DNA of 39,716 nucleotides from Desulfobacterales bacterium (GTDB taxonomy: Bacteria; Desulfobacterota; Desulfobacteria; Desulfobacterales; SpSt-501). Within the stretch, counting starts at the first letter, position 1. The number at the start of each line of letters is the position of its first letter. The stretch is from the NCBI GenBank assembly GCA_025454115.1, contig JALOPB010000010.1, forward strand, positions 1-39,716, written 5' to 3'. Shown in pieces: positions 18,908 through 27,393 of this stretch. The translations under genes and the position numbers were made by a program. The notes beneath the pieces are model-generated. The model made no database searches and was not told where the DNA came from. It saw only the letters and a list, made by a program, of their open reading frames with translations.

Positions 18908-19470
18908 TTTAAGTTCTCCGTCCGAATTTTGCCGATCGAGCTGATGACGATTTTTCTGCTTTTTTTCGAAGTGTTGCTAACAACCAAAGTGCCCGGAGTG
19001 GCGCCACCTCTAGATGTAAACGCCAGTTGGTGATTGTTGAGGGTATAATCTGGATGGGACGAGTCGATTCGGATTTCAGGCGGCAGAGTTTCCTGTTTCA
19101 GGGCGATCGTTTGGCCATCCGAATTCATATATGTTATTTGATACTGGTTTTCTGCCGGCTCGAACTCTACAGCAACAGTAGTGTTGTGCTTGGCGGCAAG
19201 GGTTTTAGCGGCCTGCAAATCACCCAACAGCTCGTTGATCGTTCCTTGCAGGCGCATGCCAGCCCGCCATGAAAGGAGATTCGGAACGACCGCGGCCGCT
19301 GTTATGGAGAGGATAAAAAGCACTATCACGGCCTCCATCAGCGAAAAACCTCGGTTGGCTCGGCTGCGGTTCTGGCTGCCAAAGGCATATGAAGGGCTGA
19401 GACGTAACGAGCAGGGGCCATTTAGAAGGTGCTTACCAATATATAGTGGAAGCGATTCCAGCATATACAT
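18904..19470 (-). CDS. fimT: FimT/FimU (GspH-like) minor pilin
   Basis: RG|FSLMEAVIVL; L.GDLQ.AK..A.K.N; F.SRG; I.ISS.G.IR. Start codon uncertain. Confidence 0.85.
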   Translation of the reverse strand: MYMLESLPLYIGKHLLNGPCSLRLSPSYAFGSQNRSRANRGFSLMEAVIVLFILSITAAAVVPNLLSWRAGMRLQGTINELLGDLQAAKTLAAKHNTTVAVEFEPAENQYQITYMNSDGQTIALKQETLPPEIRIDSSHPDYTLNNHQLAFTSRGGATPGTLVVSNTSKKSRKIVISSIGKIRTENLK

Positions 19471-19560
19471 ATGGCTTGGCGTTACTGTTTAGTCGAAAGC
19501 TGACTATTATGACCTGTTCAGGACAGGGTCGCCAAAATCAAAGTAAGCAGTCGGGTCTTC

Positions 19561-19576
19561 AGCAATATCTATTCCA
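19561..19576 (-). promoter_or_regulatory. Sigma54 (RpoN) -24/-12 promoter for the minor-pilin operon
   Basis: Minus strand TGGAATAGATATTGCT, i.e. GG-N10-GC with TTGC, about 90 nt upstream of fimT and preceded by an AT-rich tract. Confidence 0.65.
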
Positions 19577-19903
19577 TTGTTTATTAATTTAAAATATACG
19601 TAGTTAAATTAGATAGTTGTTGTTAAATTTGCTTTTTAAATCGAGTAGTTGATATTTCTTAGATTACTTATCTTCAGCGGTAATATCTAACGAAAATATG
19701 AAAATGATGTCATAAAAACAAATGGTTGCCGATGCTTCTTGATCTGTTCATTTATTGTTCCCAAAGAAAGCCGAAAAAAAACAGCTGCCCATGTAAGCGA
19801 TATGGATGCCTGTGGCGACTAATAGGCCATGATGCTAAGCTATGCAGCGGAATCGGACTGGTGACAGGTCAGATGTATGCTTGGAAACACGGGAAGATTC
19901 TAC

Positions 19904-19931
19904 TTGACGCGGTCTATAGACGTGATATATT
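19904..19931 (+). promoter_or_regulatory. Sigma70 promoter upstream of the candidate RNA
   Basis: TTGACG-N16-TATATT with extended -10 (TGnTATATT). Confidence 0.55.
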
Positions 19932-19937
19932 GCCCTT

Positions 19938-20126
19938 CCAAATTCGCTGGGGTGGAGCTTGCGGGCAACGGATGAGCAGGGTACTATTCTCTGCTTATTG
20001 CTTTTTGGGACAATGAAAATCCGTAGGCAACAACCAAAAGGAAGCTGAAAATTTACCGATAAGAGAAGTAAAAAAGGTAGACAATTTGCTCATTGGGGTG
20101 GCCTTCAACGTGAGGCCATTTTTTTT
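19938..20126 (+). ncRNA. Candidate ~190-nt sRNA or attenuator leader, family not recognised
   Basis: Bounded by a promoter and an intrinsic terminator, no credible CDS inside, several hairpins whose G-U pairs favour the + strand. Confidence 0.4.
20099..20126 (+). terminator. Intrinsic terminator
   Basis: TGGCCTT-CAACGT-GAGGCCA stem-loop followed by T8. Confidence 0.8.
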
Positions 20127-20179
20127 GGATCCTCAAAATCGAGCAAAGTAAAATCAAGATGGCTAGAAATTACTAGCCA
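20125..20179 (+). promoter_or_regulatory. Possible gene-proximal promoter and inverted repeat for the glucan synthase
   Basis: TTGGAT-N18-TAAAAT, then TGGCTAG-N6-CTAGCCA directly before the SD GGGAG. Confidence 0.4.
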
Positions 20180-20196
20180 GGGAGAACATCAACACC

Positions 20197-22839
20197 ATGC
20201 GTAAGACCATGTGGGGCATTTTAATCATTACCTGCGCGTTCAACATCGCCTTGTGGTCCGTGTTTAACCGTCCCGAAAGCCCGGAGCCCGACTGGTCGGG
20301 CTCTTTCAACTATGTCTCGTTCAGCCCGTATCGAAGCGGACAGGATCCCATAGAAAACAAATTCCCTGCCCCGGAGGAAATCATGGAAGACTTGGTCTTC
20401 CTTAAGGGCAAGACCAGAGGAATTCGAACATACTCGTCGCTAGACGGAATGGAAGCCATTCCCGGAATGGCCACACGCCTGGGATTCGAAGTTACGGCCG
20501 GTGCCTGGATCGATGGTCGCTACGAACGCAATGAAGACGAAATCTACAATCTCATCCAAAATATTAACCGCTACCCGTCCACGATCAAACGCGTCATCGT
20601 CGGAAACGAGGCGATCTATCGCACCGATCTCACCGTTCCCGAAATTATCGGATACCTGGACCGGGTCCGGAGCGCGGTTAAAGTACCGGTCGGCACGGCC
20701 GAGCCATGGCATGTCTTCATCAAGAATCCAGAGCTGGTCAAGCATGTGGATTTCATAGCCATCCACGTGCTGCCATATTGGGAGAGGGTTTCCTTCGGCG
20801 ATTCGATCGGATGGGTCCTTGATCGTCTCAAGCAGGTAAGAGAGGCGTTCCCGGATAAGCCGGTTTTTCTTGCGGAAGTGGGCTGGCCGAGCAACGGTGA
20901 GAATTTCGGAAAAGCCAAGCCAAGCCGAGAGGATGAAGCCAGGTTTTTACGGCGGTTCTTAAATATCGCGGACCAGCGCCAACTGGATTATTGCATCATG
21001 GAGGTATTCGACCAGCCGTGGAAAAAACCCCATGAAGGAGTGGTCGGCGCTTTTTGGGGAATCTACGACGTGGATCGCCAGCCCAAATTTTCATTCCAGG
21101 GATCGATTCAGTCCAGCACTCTATTCTACAGCGGGATCTCCGCCGTATTGGGAGGGATACTGCTGGTTTGGCTCTACCTGCGCAACCAACCGTCGCAGCA
21201 TTTCAGCGGCAGGCTGTTCTTCGCGCTGCTGCTTCAAACCACGGCCTCTGTTTTTGTTTGGGTAATGGTTTCGCCGCTGATCGGCGAGTTCCTGGTCTGG
21301 GAGACGCTTATATGGGCGCTGCTGCTGCCCATGCAGGCGGGGCTGCTCATGATCATTCTGGTCAACGGTTTTGAAATGGCTGAAATGATCTGGCCGGAAG
21401 GGTTGAAACGCCGCTTCTCACCCATCGCGTCCAGCAGCGATCAGGGAACACCACGCGTCTCCATCCATGTGCCCATATGTAAAGAACCTCCCGACATGGT
21501 GATTGAAACGTTGAACAGCCTGGCGGCCCTGGACTATCCAGACTACGAGGTTCTGGTCATCGATAACAACAACCCATATCCGGAACTCTGGCAGCCCGTG
21601 CAGGCGCATTGCGAGACCCTGGGTTCCAAATTCCGGTTTTTCCACCTTGAGAAGATTGAAGGCTACAAGGCGGGAGCGCTGAATTTCGCGCTTCGGCACA
21701 CCGATCCATGCGCTGACGTAGTAGCTGTGGTTGACAGTGACTATGTTGTGAGGGCTGACTGGCTGAAGATGCTGATGCCCCACTTCGAACGGCAGGAGGT
21801 CGGGGTCGTGCAGGCACCCCAGGACCATCGCGGCTGGCAAGATAGCCTTTTCAAAGAAATTATCAATTGGGAATATCATGGTTTCTTTGAAATCGGGATG
21901 GTCCATCGCAACGAGCGCAATGCCATTATTCAGCACGGGACCATGACGCTCATCCGCAAGTCGATTCTTATCGATACGGGTAACTGGGCCGAGTGGTGCA
22001 TCTGCGAAGACGCCGAACTCGGCTTGCGCATCCAAAGTTTGAGGTATGATACCGTTTACGTCAAGGAAAGCTTTGGCAAGGGCTTAACTCCGGATTCTTT
22101 TGCGGGTTACAAACGGCAGCGGTTCCGTTGGGTGTATGGCGCTGTCCAGATCATCAAGCGGCATTGGTCGATCCTGTCGCCCTTCAGCCGTAAGAGCGGC
22201 CTGAACTTGGCCCAGCGCTACCATTTTATCGCGGGGTGGCTACCGTGGTTCGGGGATGCCATCAGCCTGATCATGAACGTGCTTTGCATCTTCTGGGCGA
22301 TCGGGATGGCGCTCTTTCCGAAGTACTTCGGAGCGCCACTTTATGTACTCATGTTGCCCCCGATCGGAGCGTTCCTTTTTAAACTGCTGCATTTCATGTG
22401 GCTTTACACGGCGCGCGTGCCTTGCACCTTCGTGCAGCGCTTGGGGGCGGCGCTGGCGGGAACGGCTCTGACGCATACCATCGCCATGGCGATTCTGCGC
22501 GGTATTTTCACCCAAAGCATGCCCTTCTTGCGAACGCCCAAGTGCGAAAGCAAGAGCGCGATGATGAAAGGTCTCACCATGGCGCGTGGCGAGGCACTGA
22601 TGATGGTGCTGCTTTTCTTTGCCGTGGTCGTCAACTACAATTTCGGTAACGACCAAACTGAAGAACGGTTGATCCGCGCCGTGTTGCTCCTAATCCAAGC
22701 CGTGCCTTACGCCGCGGCCCTTTTGTTGTCGCTTTTCAGCGTCATGCCCGAGGGGTTCCGACTGCCGTGGGGAGCTGCCAGGAAGCCGGCTCGGCCCGAG
22801 ACGCTACCTGCTCCCGATCGGTTACTGGTAGGCCCATAG
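20197..22839 (+). CDS. NdvB-like GH17-GT2 fusion; putative (cyclic) beta-1,3-glucan synthase / osmoregulated periplasmic glucan synthase
   Basis: GH17 domain (SFSPYR.GQDP, IRTYS, IVGNE, H.LPYWE, EVGWPS, FDQPWK), TM block, GT2 domain (VSIHVP...EP, DNN, GYKAGALN, DSD, QAPQD, CED, QRFRW), C-terminal TMs with F.RTPK. Confidence 0.9.
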   Translation: MRKTMWGILIITCAFNIALWSVFNRPESPEPDWSGSFNYVSFSPYRSGQDPIENKFPAPEEIMEDLVFLKGKTRGIRTYSSLDGMEAIPGMATRLGFEVTAGAWIDGRYERNEDEIYNLIQNINRYPSTIKRVIVGNEAIYRTDLTVPEIIGYLDRVRSAVKVPVGTAEPWHVFIKNPELVKHVDFIAIHVLPYWERVSFGDSIGWVLDRLKQVREAFPDKPVFLAEVGWPSNGENFGKAKPSREDEARFLRRFLNIADQRQLDYCIMEVFDQPWKKPHEGVVGAFWGIYDVDRQPKFSFQGSIQSSTLFYSGISAVLGGILLVWLYLRNQPSQHFSGRLFFALLLQTTASVFVWVMVSPLIGEFLVWETLIWALLLPMQAGLLMIILVNGFEMAEMIWPEGLKRRFSPIASSSDQGTPRVSIHVPICKEPPDMVIETLNSLAALDYPDYEVLVIDNNNPYPELWQPVQAHCETLGSKFRFFHLEKIEGYKAGALNFALRHTDPCADVVAVVDSDYVVRADWLKMLMPHFERQEVGVVQAPQDHRGWQDSLFKEIINWEYHGFFEIGMVHRNERNAIIQHGTMTLIRKSILIDTGNWAEWCICEDAELGLRIQSLRYDTVYVKESFGKGLTPDSFAGYKRQRFRWVYGAVQIIKRHWSILSPFSRKSGLNLAQRYHFIAGWLPWFGDAISLIMNVLCIFWAIGMALFPKYFGAPLYVLMLPPIGAFLFKLLHFMWLYTARVPCTFVQRLGAALAGTALTHTIAMAILRGIFTQSMPFLRTPKCESKSAMMKGLTMARGEALMMVLLFFAVVVNYNFGNDQTEERLIRAVLLLIQAVPYAAALLLSLFSVMPEGFRLPWGAARKPARPETLPAPDRLLVGP

Positions 22840-22861
22840 TTTGATCTATCGACTTGAAACC

Positions 22862-22906
22862 ATAAGCAAGAGAAGCGAAGCCTCGCGCTTCGCTTTTCTT
22901 GCTTAT
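22862..22906. terminator. 20-bp inverted repeat between convergent genes; bidirectional terminator or REP-like element
   Basis: ATAAGCAAGAGAAGCGAAGC-CTCGC-GCTTCGCTTTTCTTGCTTAT; 19/20 Watson-Crick pairs plus one G-T. Confidence 0.7.
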
Positions 22907-22993
22907 TAATCCGGCAAACCGGTATCGCTCCAGTCGGGGTCCGACGGGGCATGTTAATGACCGCATCCATTTTAGTCAATGGAAGCACAGGTT

Positions 22994-23905
22994 TTAGTAG
23001 CCAAAGCGCTCGATGGCCTTGGCATCTTTACGCCAGTTTTTCTGGATTCGCACAAAAAGCTTTAAAAAAACCCGTCTCCCTGTCATCCGTTCGATATCCT
23101 GCCGCGCTTCGGTGCCGATACGCTTGAGCATGGCACCGTTCTTGCCAATAATGATTCCCTTCTGCGAGTCCCGCTCCAGATGGATGGTGGCTTCGATGCT
23201 AAGTCGCATTCTATCAGCGTTCAGCTGGTAGGTCTCCACGCTGACGGCCGATGCGTAAGGGATTTCTTCGCCCGTCAGGCGGAAGATCTTCTCGCGGATG
23301 AATTCGGCCGCGATGAATCGCTCAGCAGCGTCGGTCAGCATATCTTCCGGGAAATACGGCGGGCCTTCGGGGAGGGCTCGGATGATGGCGTCGATAAGAT
23401 CATCGAGTTGGGTGCCGACCAGGGCAGACACCGGAACTACCGCAGCAAAGGCCAGCCTTGCCGACCATCGGGCGATGATTTCCAGCAATATCCCCTTGTC
23501 AGCGACGAGATCGACTTTGTTCAAGGCCAAAATGATCGGCAATTTCAGGCCACTGATTTTCTCAGACAAAAGCGTTTCGGAGGATAGATCGGGATGGGCG
23601 GCGTCCACGACCGCCAACAGCACGTCCGCGTCGCTGATGGCCCCGCAGGCCGTGTCCACAATTTTGATGTTGAGAGGATCTTTAGGAATGAAAATGCCGG
23701 GTGTGTCGCAAAAGATAATCTGTGCCCCGGGACGATGGCAGATGCCAAGAATCCGGTGGCGCGTTGTTTGAGGCTTGTTTGAGATGATCGATATCTTTTC
23801 TCCAAGGATCCGGTTAAGCAAAGTGGACTTGCCGGCGTTGGGAGCCCCGGCCATAGTGACATAGCCGGATTTGAAACCGGGTGTCTGGGGTACCGCGTCG
23901 GTCAT
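22994..23905 (-). CDS. era: GTPase Era
   Basis: FKSG....GAPNAGKSTL, KPQTTR, DTPG, NKVD, EEIPY and KH-domain SQKGIIIGKNG; start at 23905 after GAGGA. Confidence 0.97.
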   Translation of the reverse strand: MTDAVPQTPGFKSGYVTMAGAPNAGKSTLLNRILGEKISIISNKPQTTRHRILGICHRPGAQIIFCDTPGIFIPKDPLNIKIVDTACGAISDADVLLAVVDAAHPDLSSETLLSEKISGLKLPIILALNKVDLVADKGILLEIIARWSARLAFAAVVPVSALVGTQLDDLIDAIIRALPEGPPYFPEDMLTDAAERFIAAEFIREKIFRLTGEEIPYASAVSVETYQLNADRMRLSIEATIHLERDSQKGIIIGKNGAMLKRIGTEARQDIERMTGRRVFLKLFVRIQKNWRKDAKAIERFGY

Positions 23906-24004
23906 TACAACATCCTCACGCATCTTATCGGCAATTCGTTTCTGCCGTTTGATTTGGACTGAACATCGGGCATGAGAGGCTTCCTTGGACCCCTTGCACC
24001 CCCT

Positions 24005-24610
24005 TCAAGCCCGCTCGTCTTCGAGCGGTGCGATCGCCAGATCTAAAATCATTTTCCATAGAGTATCCCGACCCAGGCGAGACTTGGAAGAGAAGAGCAC
24101 CCAGTCGTTGGGGTTGACCCTAAGAGTATCAGCGGCGATTTTAAGCTGCCTGGATTGTGCCGTTTTCGAGAGCTTATCGACTTTGGTAATAACCGGGACC
24201 GAAGCTATTTCATGTTGACCTAGCCAATCGAGCAACTGGAGGTCTTCCGCGCTGGGCGTCCGGCGGATGTCGAGGATGACAATGACAGCTCTCAGGTTCT
24301 CGCGACCGGATAGGTACTGCTCGATCATGGGGCGCCATTTACGGCGCTCGATCTCCGCGACCCGTGCGTAGCCGTAGCCCGGCAAGTCAACGAACATGAA
24401 CGCGTCGTTGACGCGAAAGAAGTTGATCAATCGGGTCTTACCGGGCGTCGAGCTGGTAAGGACCAGCTTTTTCCGGCTGACCAGGGTGTTGATCAAACTG
24501 GATTTACCCACGTTGGAGCGGCCAGCGAAAGCAAACTCCGGTAGGTTCCCAACCGGATACTGCTGAGGCCGGACAGCGCTGGTAATGAATTCCGCCGATT
24601 TGATGAGCAT
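24005..24610 (-). CDS. engB: Ribosome biogenesis GTPase YihA/YsxC (EngB)
   Basis: PEFAFAGRSNVGKSSLIN, SSTPGKTRLINFF, DLPGYGYA, TKVDK; start reassigned to ATG 24610 after GGAG. Confidence 0.96.
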   Translation of the reverse strand: MLIKSAEFITSAVRPQQYPVGNLPEFAFAGRSNVGKSSLINTLVSRKKLVLTSSTPGKTRLINFFRVNDAFMFVDLPGYGYARVAEIERRKWRPMIEQYLSGRENLRAVIVILDIRRTPSAEDLQLLDWLGQHEIASVPVITKVDKLSKTAQSRQLKIAADTLRVNPNDWVLFSSKSRLGRDTLWKMILDLAIAPLEDERA

Positions 24611-24697
24611 GGGGTACTCCAAAATAAAAAGCGCCAGGCCGTGAAAATAACCGATTGACATGACGCTCGGTCGACGTCCAGCCATCGCTGCGGAGAA

Positions 24698-25864
24698 TCA
24701 ATGGCCCTCAGAATAATCGCGGAAGTACTTTTCAAGCCGATTCATGCCTTCAGTAATGTTTTCCATGGAATTAGCATACGAGAAGCGCAAATACCCCTCG
24801 CCGTTCCGGCCGAAATCGATACCAGGGCTGACGCCGACTCGGGCCTTTTCCAGAATGTCGAAGGCCAGCTTGTAGGAATTCATCGAGTAACGTTTGGCGT
24901 TAGCAAAGACATAAAAGGCCCCGGTCGGTTCGACGGTGATACCGAGGCCGATCTGTCTGAGCCTTCGGATCAGGAACTGGCGCCGTTCGTCATAGATGGA
25001 CTTCATGCGGGCGACATCTTCACCGGCGCATTTCAGCGCTGCAATCGCCGCCCGTTGAACCATGGAGTTTGCGGAAATAAAAAAGTTCTGCTGCAGCTTC
25101 TGCATAGGCCGGATAAGCGACGGCGGGGCAATGACATACCCCAACCGCAGTCCGGTCATGGCGAAGAGTTTGGAAAAACCGTTGAGTACAAAGGCTCGAT
25201 CAGTAAACTCCAATATGCTGTGTTCTTTGCCCTTGTAAACCAGGCCGTGATAGATTTCGTCGGAGACGATCATCGGCGCCTGCGGTCCGGCGGCCATGAT
25301 CGCAATCTGTTGCATCCGATCGGCTTCCAACAGGTTGCCGGTCGGGTTGGATGGCGAATTGATGAAGATCGCCTTGGTTCGCGGTGTAATTTTTTTTGCG
25401 ATGGCTTCAGGACGAAACTGGAAGCCGTCCTCCTCAAATACGGGGACGCTGACTGGAACTCCCTGGACGAATTTGATGAAGTTGGGATAGCAGGCGTAAT
25501 GCGGGTCGGAGATGATCACCTCGTCGCCGGGGTCGAGCAAGGCAGAAAACACCAGCAGGATCGCCGGTGACGAGCCTGAAGTGACGATGATCTGATGGGG
25601 CTGCACCTGCACGCCGTAGGTGTTACGGTAATAGTCCGCGATAGCGTCTCGCAGCTCGTAACTGCCCAAACTGTGCGTGTAGTGGGTGTGGCCGTTGGCC
25701 AAGGCTTGGCAAGCCGCCTCTTTCACACAAACGGGCGCGTCGAAATCCGGTTCGCCCACTTCGAGGTGCACAATATGAGCGCCTTGGCGTTCCATCTCAT
25801 TGGCCTTCTCCAACACGTCCATAACGATGAAGGACGTCAACTCCTGGGTTCTCTTTGAGACCAT
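24698..25864 (-). CDS. PLP-dependent aminotransferase class I/II (aspartate aminotransferase-like)
   Basis: GEPDF, NSPSNPTG, SDEIYHG, NGFSK.FAMTGLRLGY, GAFY, LRFSYA. Confidence 0.93.
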   Translation of the reverse strand: MVSKRTQELTSFIVMDVLEKANEMERQGAHIVHLEVGEPDFDAPVCVKEAACQALANGHTHYTHSLGSYELRDAIADYYRNTYGVQVQPHQIIVTSGSSPAILLVFSALLDPGDEVIISDPHYACYPNFIKFVQGVPVSVPVFEEDGFQFRPEAIAKKITPRTKAIFINSPSNPTGNLLEADRMQQIAIMAAGPQAPMIVSDEIYHGLVYKGKEHSILEFTDRAFVLNGFSKLFAMTGLRLGYVIAPPSLIRPMQKLQQNFFISANSMVQRAAIAALKCAGEDVARMKSIYDERRQFLIRRLRQIGLGITVEPTGAFYVFANAKRYSMNSYKLAFDILEKARVGVSPGIDFGRNGEGYLRFSYANSMENITEGMNRLEKYFRDYSEGH

Positions 25865-25933
25865 AATTTTTCCTTCGACAGAATTTACATTAAAAGAATC
25901 GAGTCAGATTGGTACAAAACCGCCCCAACGACC

Positions 25934-26809
25934 TTAAACAACTTTATTCAGAGGGTATTCGATGATTCCCTCTGCGCCATGCGTCAGTAGCTGCGGGATC
26001 AGATCTCTGACGATTTCCCGGCTCACCATGATCTCCACTGAAAAAAAATTGGAGCGGTAAAGCGGTGCGACCGTCGGCGCCTTCAGGCTAGGCAGCATCG
26101 CGACTACCTCTTCCATGCGCTCCTCAGGCACGTTCATTTTTAAGCCGACCATCTTTTCTCCAAGCAATGCCCCCCTGAGCAACAAGGCGATTTGCTCGAT
26201 TTTCTTGCGTTTGTCGTCATTCTCCCAGACGGCCTGATTGGCAATCAACTGCGTGTTGGTCTGCATCAGCTCATGGATGATGCGCAGACCGTGGGCTTTT
26301 ATCGTGCTCTCCGTTTCCGTAACTTCAACGATCGCATCCGCCAAACCGGAAACGACTTTGGCTTCGGTGGCCCCCCAGGAGAACTCGATGAAAACCTCGA
26401 TGTTGCGCTCTGCGAAATAGCGACGGGTATATTCGACCAGTTCGGTGGCAATTTTTTTGCCGGCCAGGTCTTCCAAGCGGCAAATTTTCGAGTCGTATGG
26501 TACGGCCAGAACCCAACGTGCCGGACGAGCGCTGACCTTGGAGTAAACAAGGTCGGCGACCACATGGACCTTGGAATTGTTTTCAGCGATCCAGTCTTTT
26601 CCGGTGAGTCCGGCATCCAGAGTTCCATTTTCAACGTAGCGGGACATTTCCTGGGCGCGGCATATCGCACACTGGATAAAGGCATCATTGATTTCGGGAA
26701 AATAACTACGACTGTTGACGCTGATGTTCCATCCGGAACGCTTGAAAAGTGAGATGGTCGCTTCTTGAAGGCTTCCCTTGGGGATGCCCAATTTAAGTTT
26801 TTGACTCAC
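25934..26809 (-). CDS. hisG: ATP phosphoribosyltransferase (long form)
   Basis: [41 protein letters not shown]; C-terminal regulatory domain with PTV.PL; GTG start overlapping the hisI stop. Confidence 0.97.
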   Translation of the reverse strand: MSQKLKLGIPKGSLQEATISLFKRSGWNISVNSRSYFPEINDAFIQCAICRAQEMSRYVENGTLDAGLTGKDWIAENNSKVHVVADLVYSKVSARPARWVLAVPYDSKICRLEDLAGKKIATELVEYTRRYFAERNIEVFIEFSWGATEAKVVSGLADAIVEVTETESTIKAHGLRIIHELMQTNTQLIANQAVWENDDKRKKIEQIALLLRGALLGEKMVGLKMNVPEERMEEVVAMLPSLKAPTVAPLYRSNFFSVEIMVSREIVRDLIPQLLTHGAEGIIEYPLNKVV

Positions 26810-27183
26810 GTTTTATAGACCTCCTTCGGATCGAAGATCGGCTGCCCGGTGATATGAACAGATCCGTTTTGAACTCGTTTATGAAAGCAGCTGCGATGGC
26901 CCGTGTGGCAGGCAGCGCCACCGATTTGTTCAATTTTAAGCACGATGGCGTCGTCGTCGCAATCGATCAATATTTCTTTTACAATTTGAACATGCCCGGA
27001 GGTCTCCCCCTTCACCCACAAGCTCTTGCGGCTGCGGCTGTAATACGTGGCTTGGCCCGTTGCCAATGTGGCCTCCCACGCCGCCTGGTTCATAAAGGCA
27101 ACCATCAGGATTTCGCCCGTGCGGAAATCCTGAGTGACAACGGGAACCAGCCCTCCCAGCTTCTTGAAGTTAAGCGTGAGCAT
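26806..27183 (-). CDS. hisI: Phosphoribosyl-AMP cyclohydrolase
   Basis: [30 protein letters not shown]. Confidence 0.97.
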   Translation of the reverse strand: MLTLNFKKLGGLVPVVTQDFRTGEILMVAFMNQAAWEATLATGQATYYSRSRKSLWVKGETSGHVQIVKEILIDCDDDAIVLKIEQIGGAACHTGHRSCFHKRVQNGSVHITGQPIFDPKEVYKT

Positions 27184-27393
27184 ATGAGCTCCACCTTTCT
27201 GGAAACGGCAGATCGGGTATGTCTTGAATTCGGCCTGAGCCGGCGCTATGGTTGATCCGTATAGACCTGTTGGAAGATTTAGCCTTAACTAAAATTCTAT
27301 CTACTAATACCTTTAAAGCATGTGCGTCAAATATTATTTTATTGTTGAGATGGTTGTTTTTTGTTATTAGCTTAAAATCGAAAGTTCGCCAGC

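Noticed and set aside
19726-20016. 96-aa ORF in the pil/glucan synthase intergenic region
   Set aside because: TTG start without an SD, no motifs, and it runs through a clear promoter.
19938-20126. Identification of the candidate RNA as 6S, SRP, T-box, or a c-di-AMP or c-di-GMP riboswitch
   Set aside because: Only fragments resemble them (AGGAAGC, TGGGGTG). The full consensus elements and the 6S rod symmetry are not visible by eye; an Rfam scan is still needed.
22911-22960. c-di-GMP-I riboswitch suggested by GGCAAACC
   Set aside because: It lacks the GAAA-capped P2 and the GACGCAAAG/CTAA elements, and lies between convergent 3' ends.
24701-25570. Long antisense or alternative-frame ORFs (also 34528-35361, 34749-35504, 36173-37033, 37440-38105, 31094-31696, 21418-22035)
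   Set aside because: They overlap well-supported genes, have no recognisable motifs, and are expected shadows of GC-rich codon usage.
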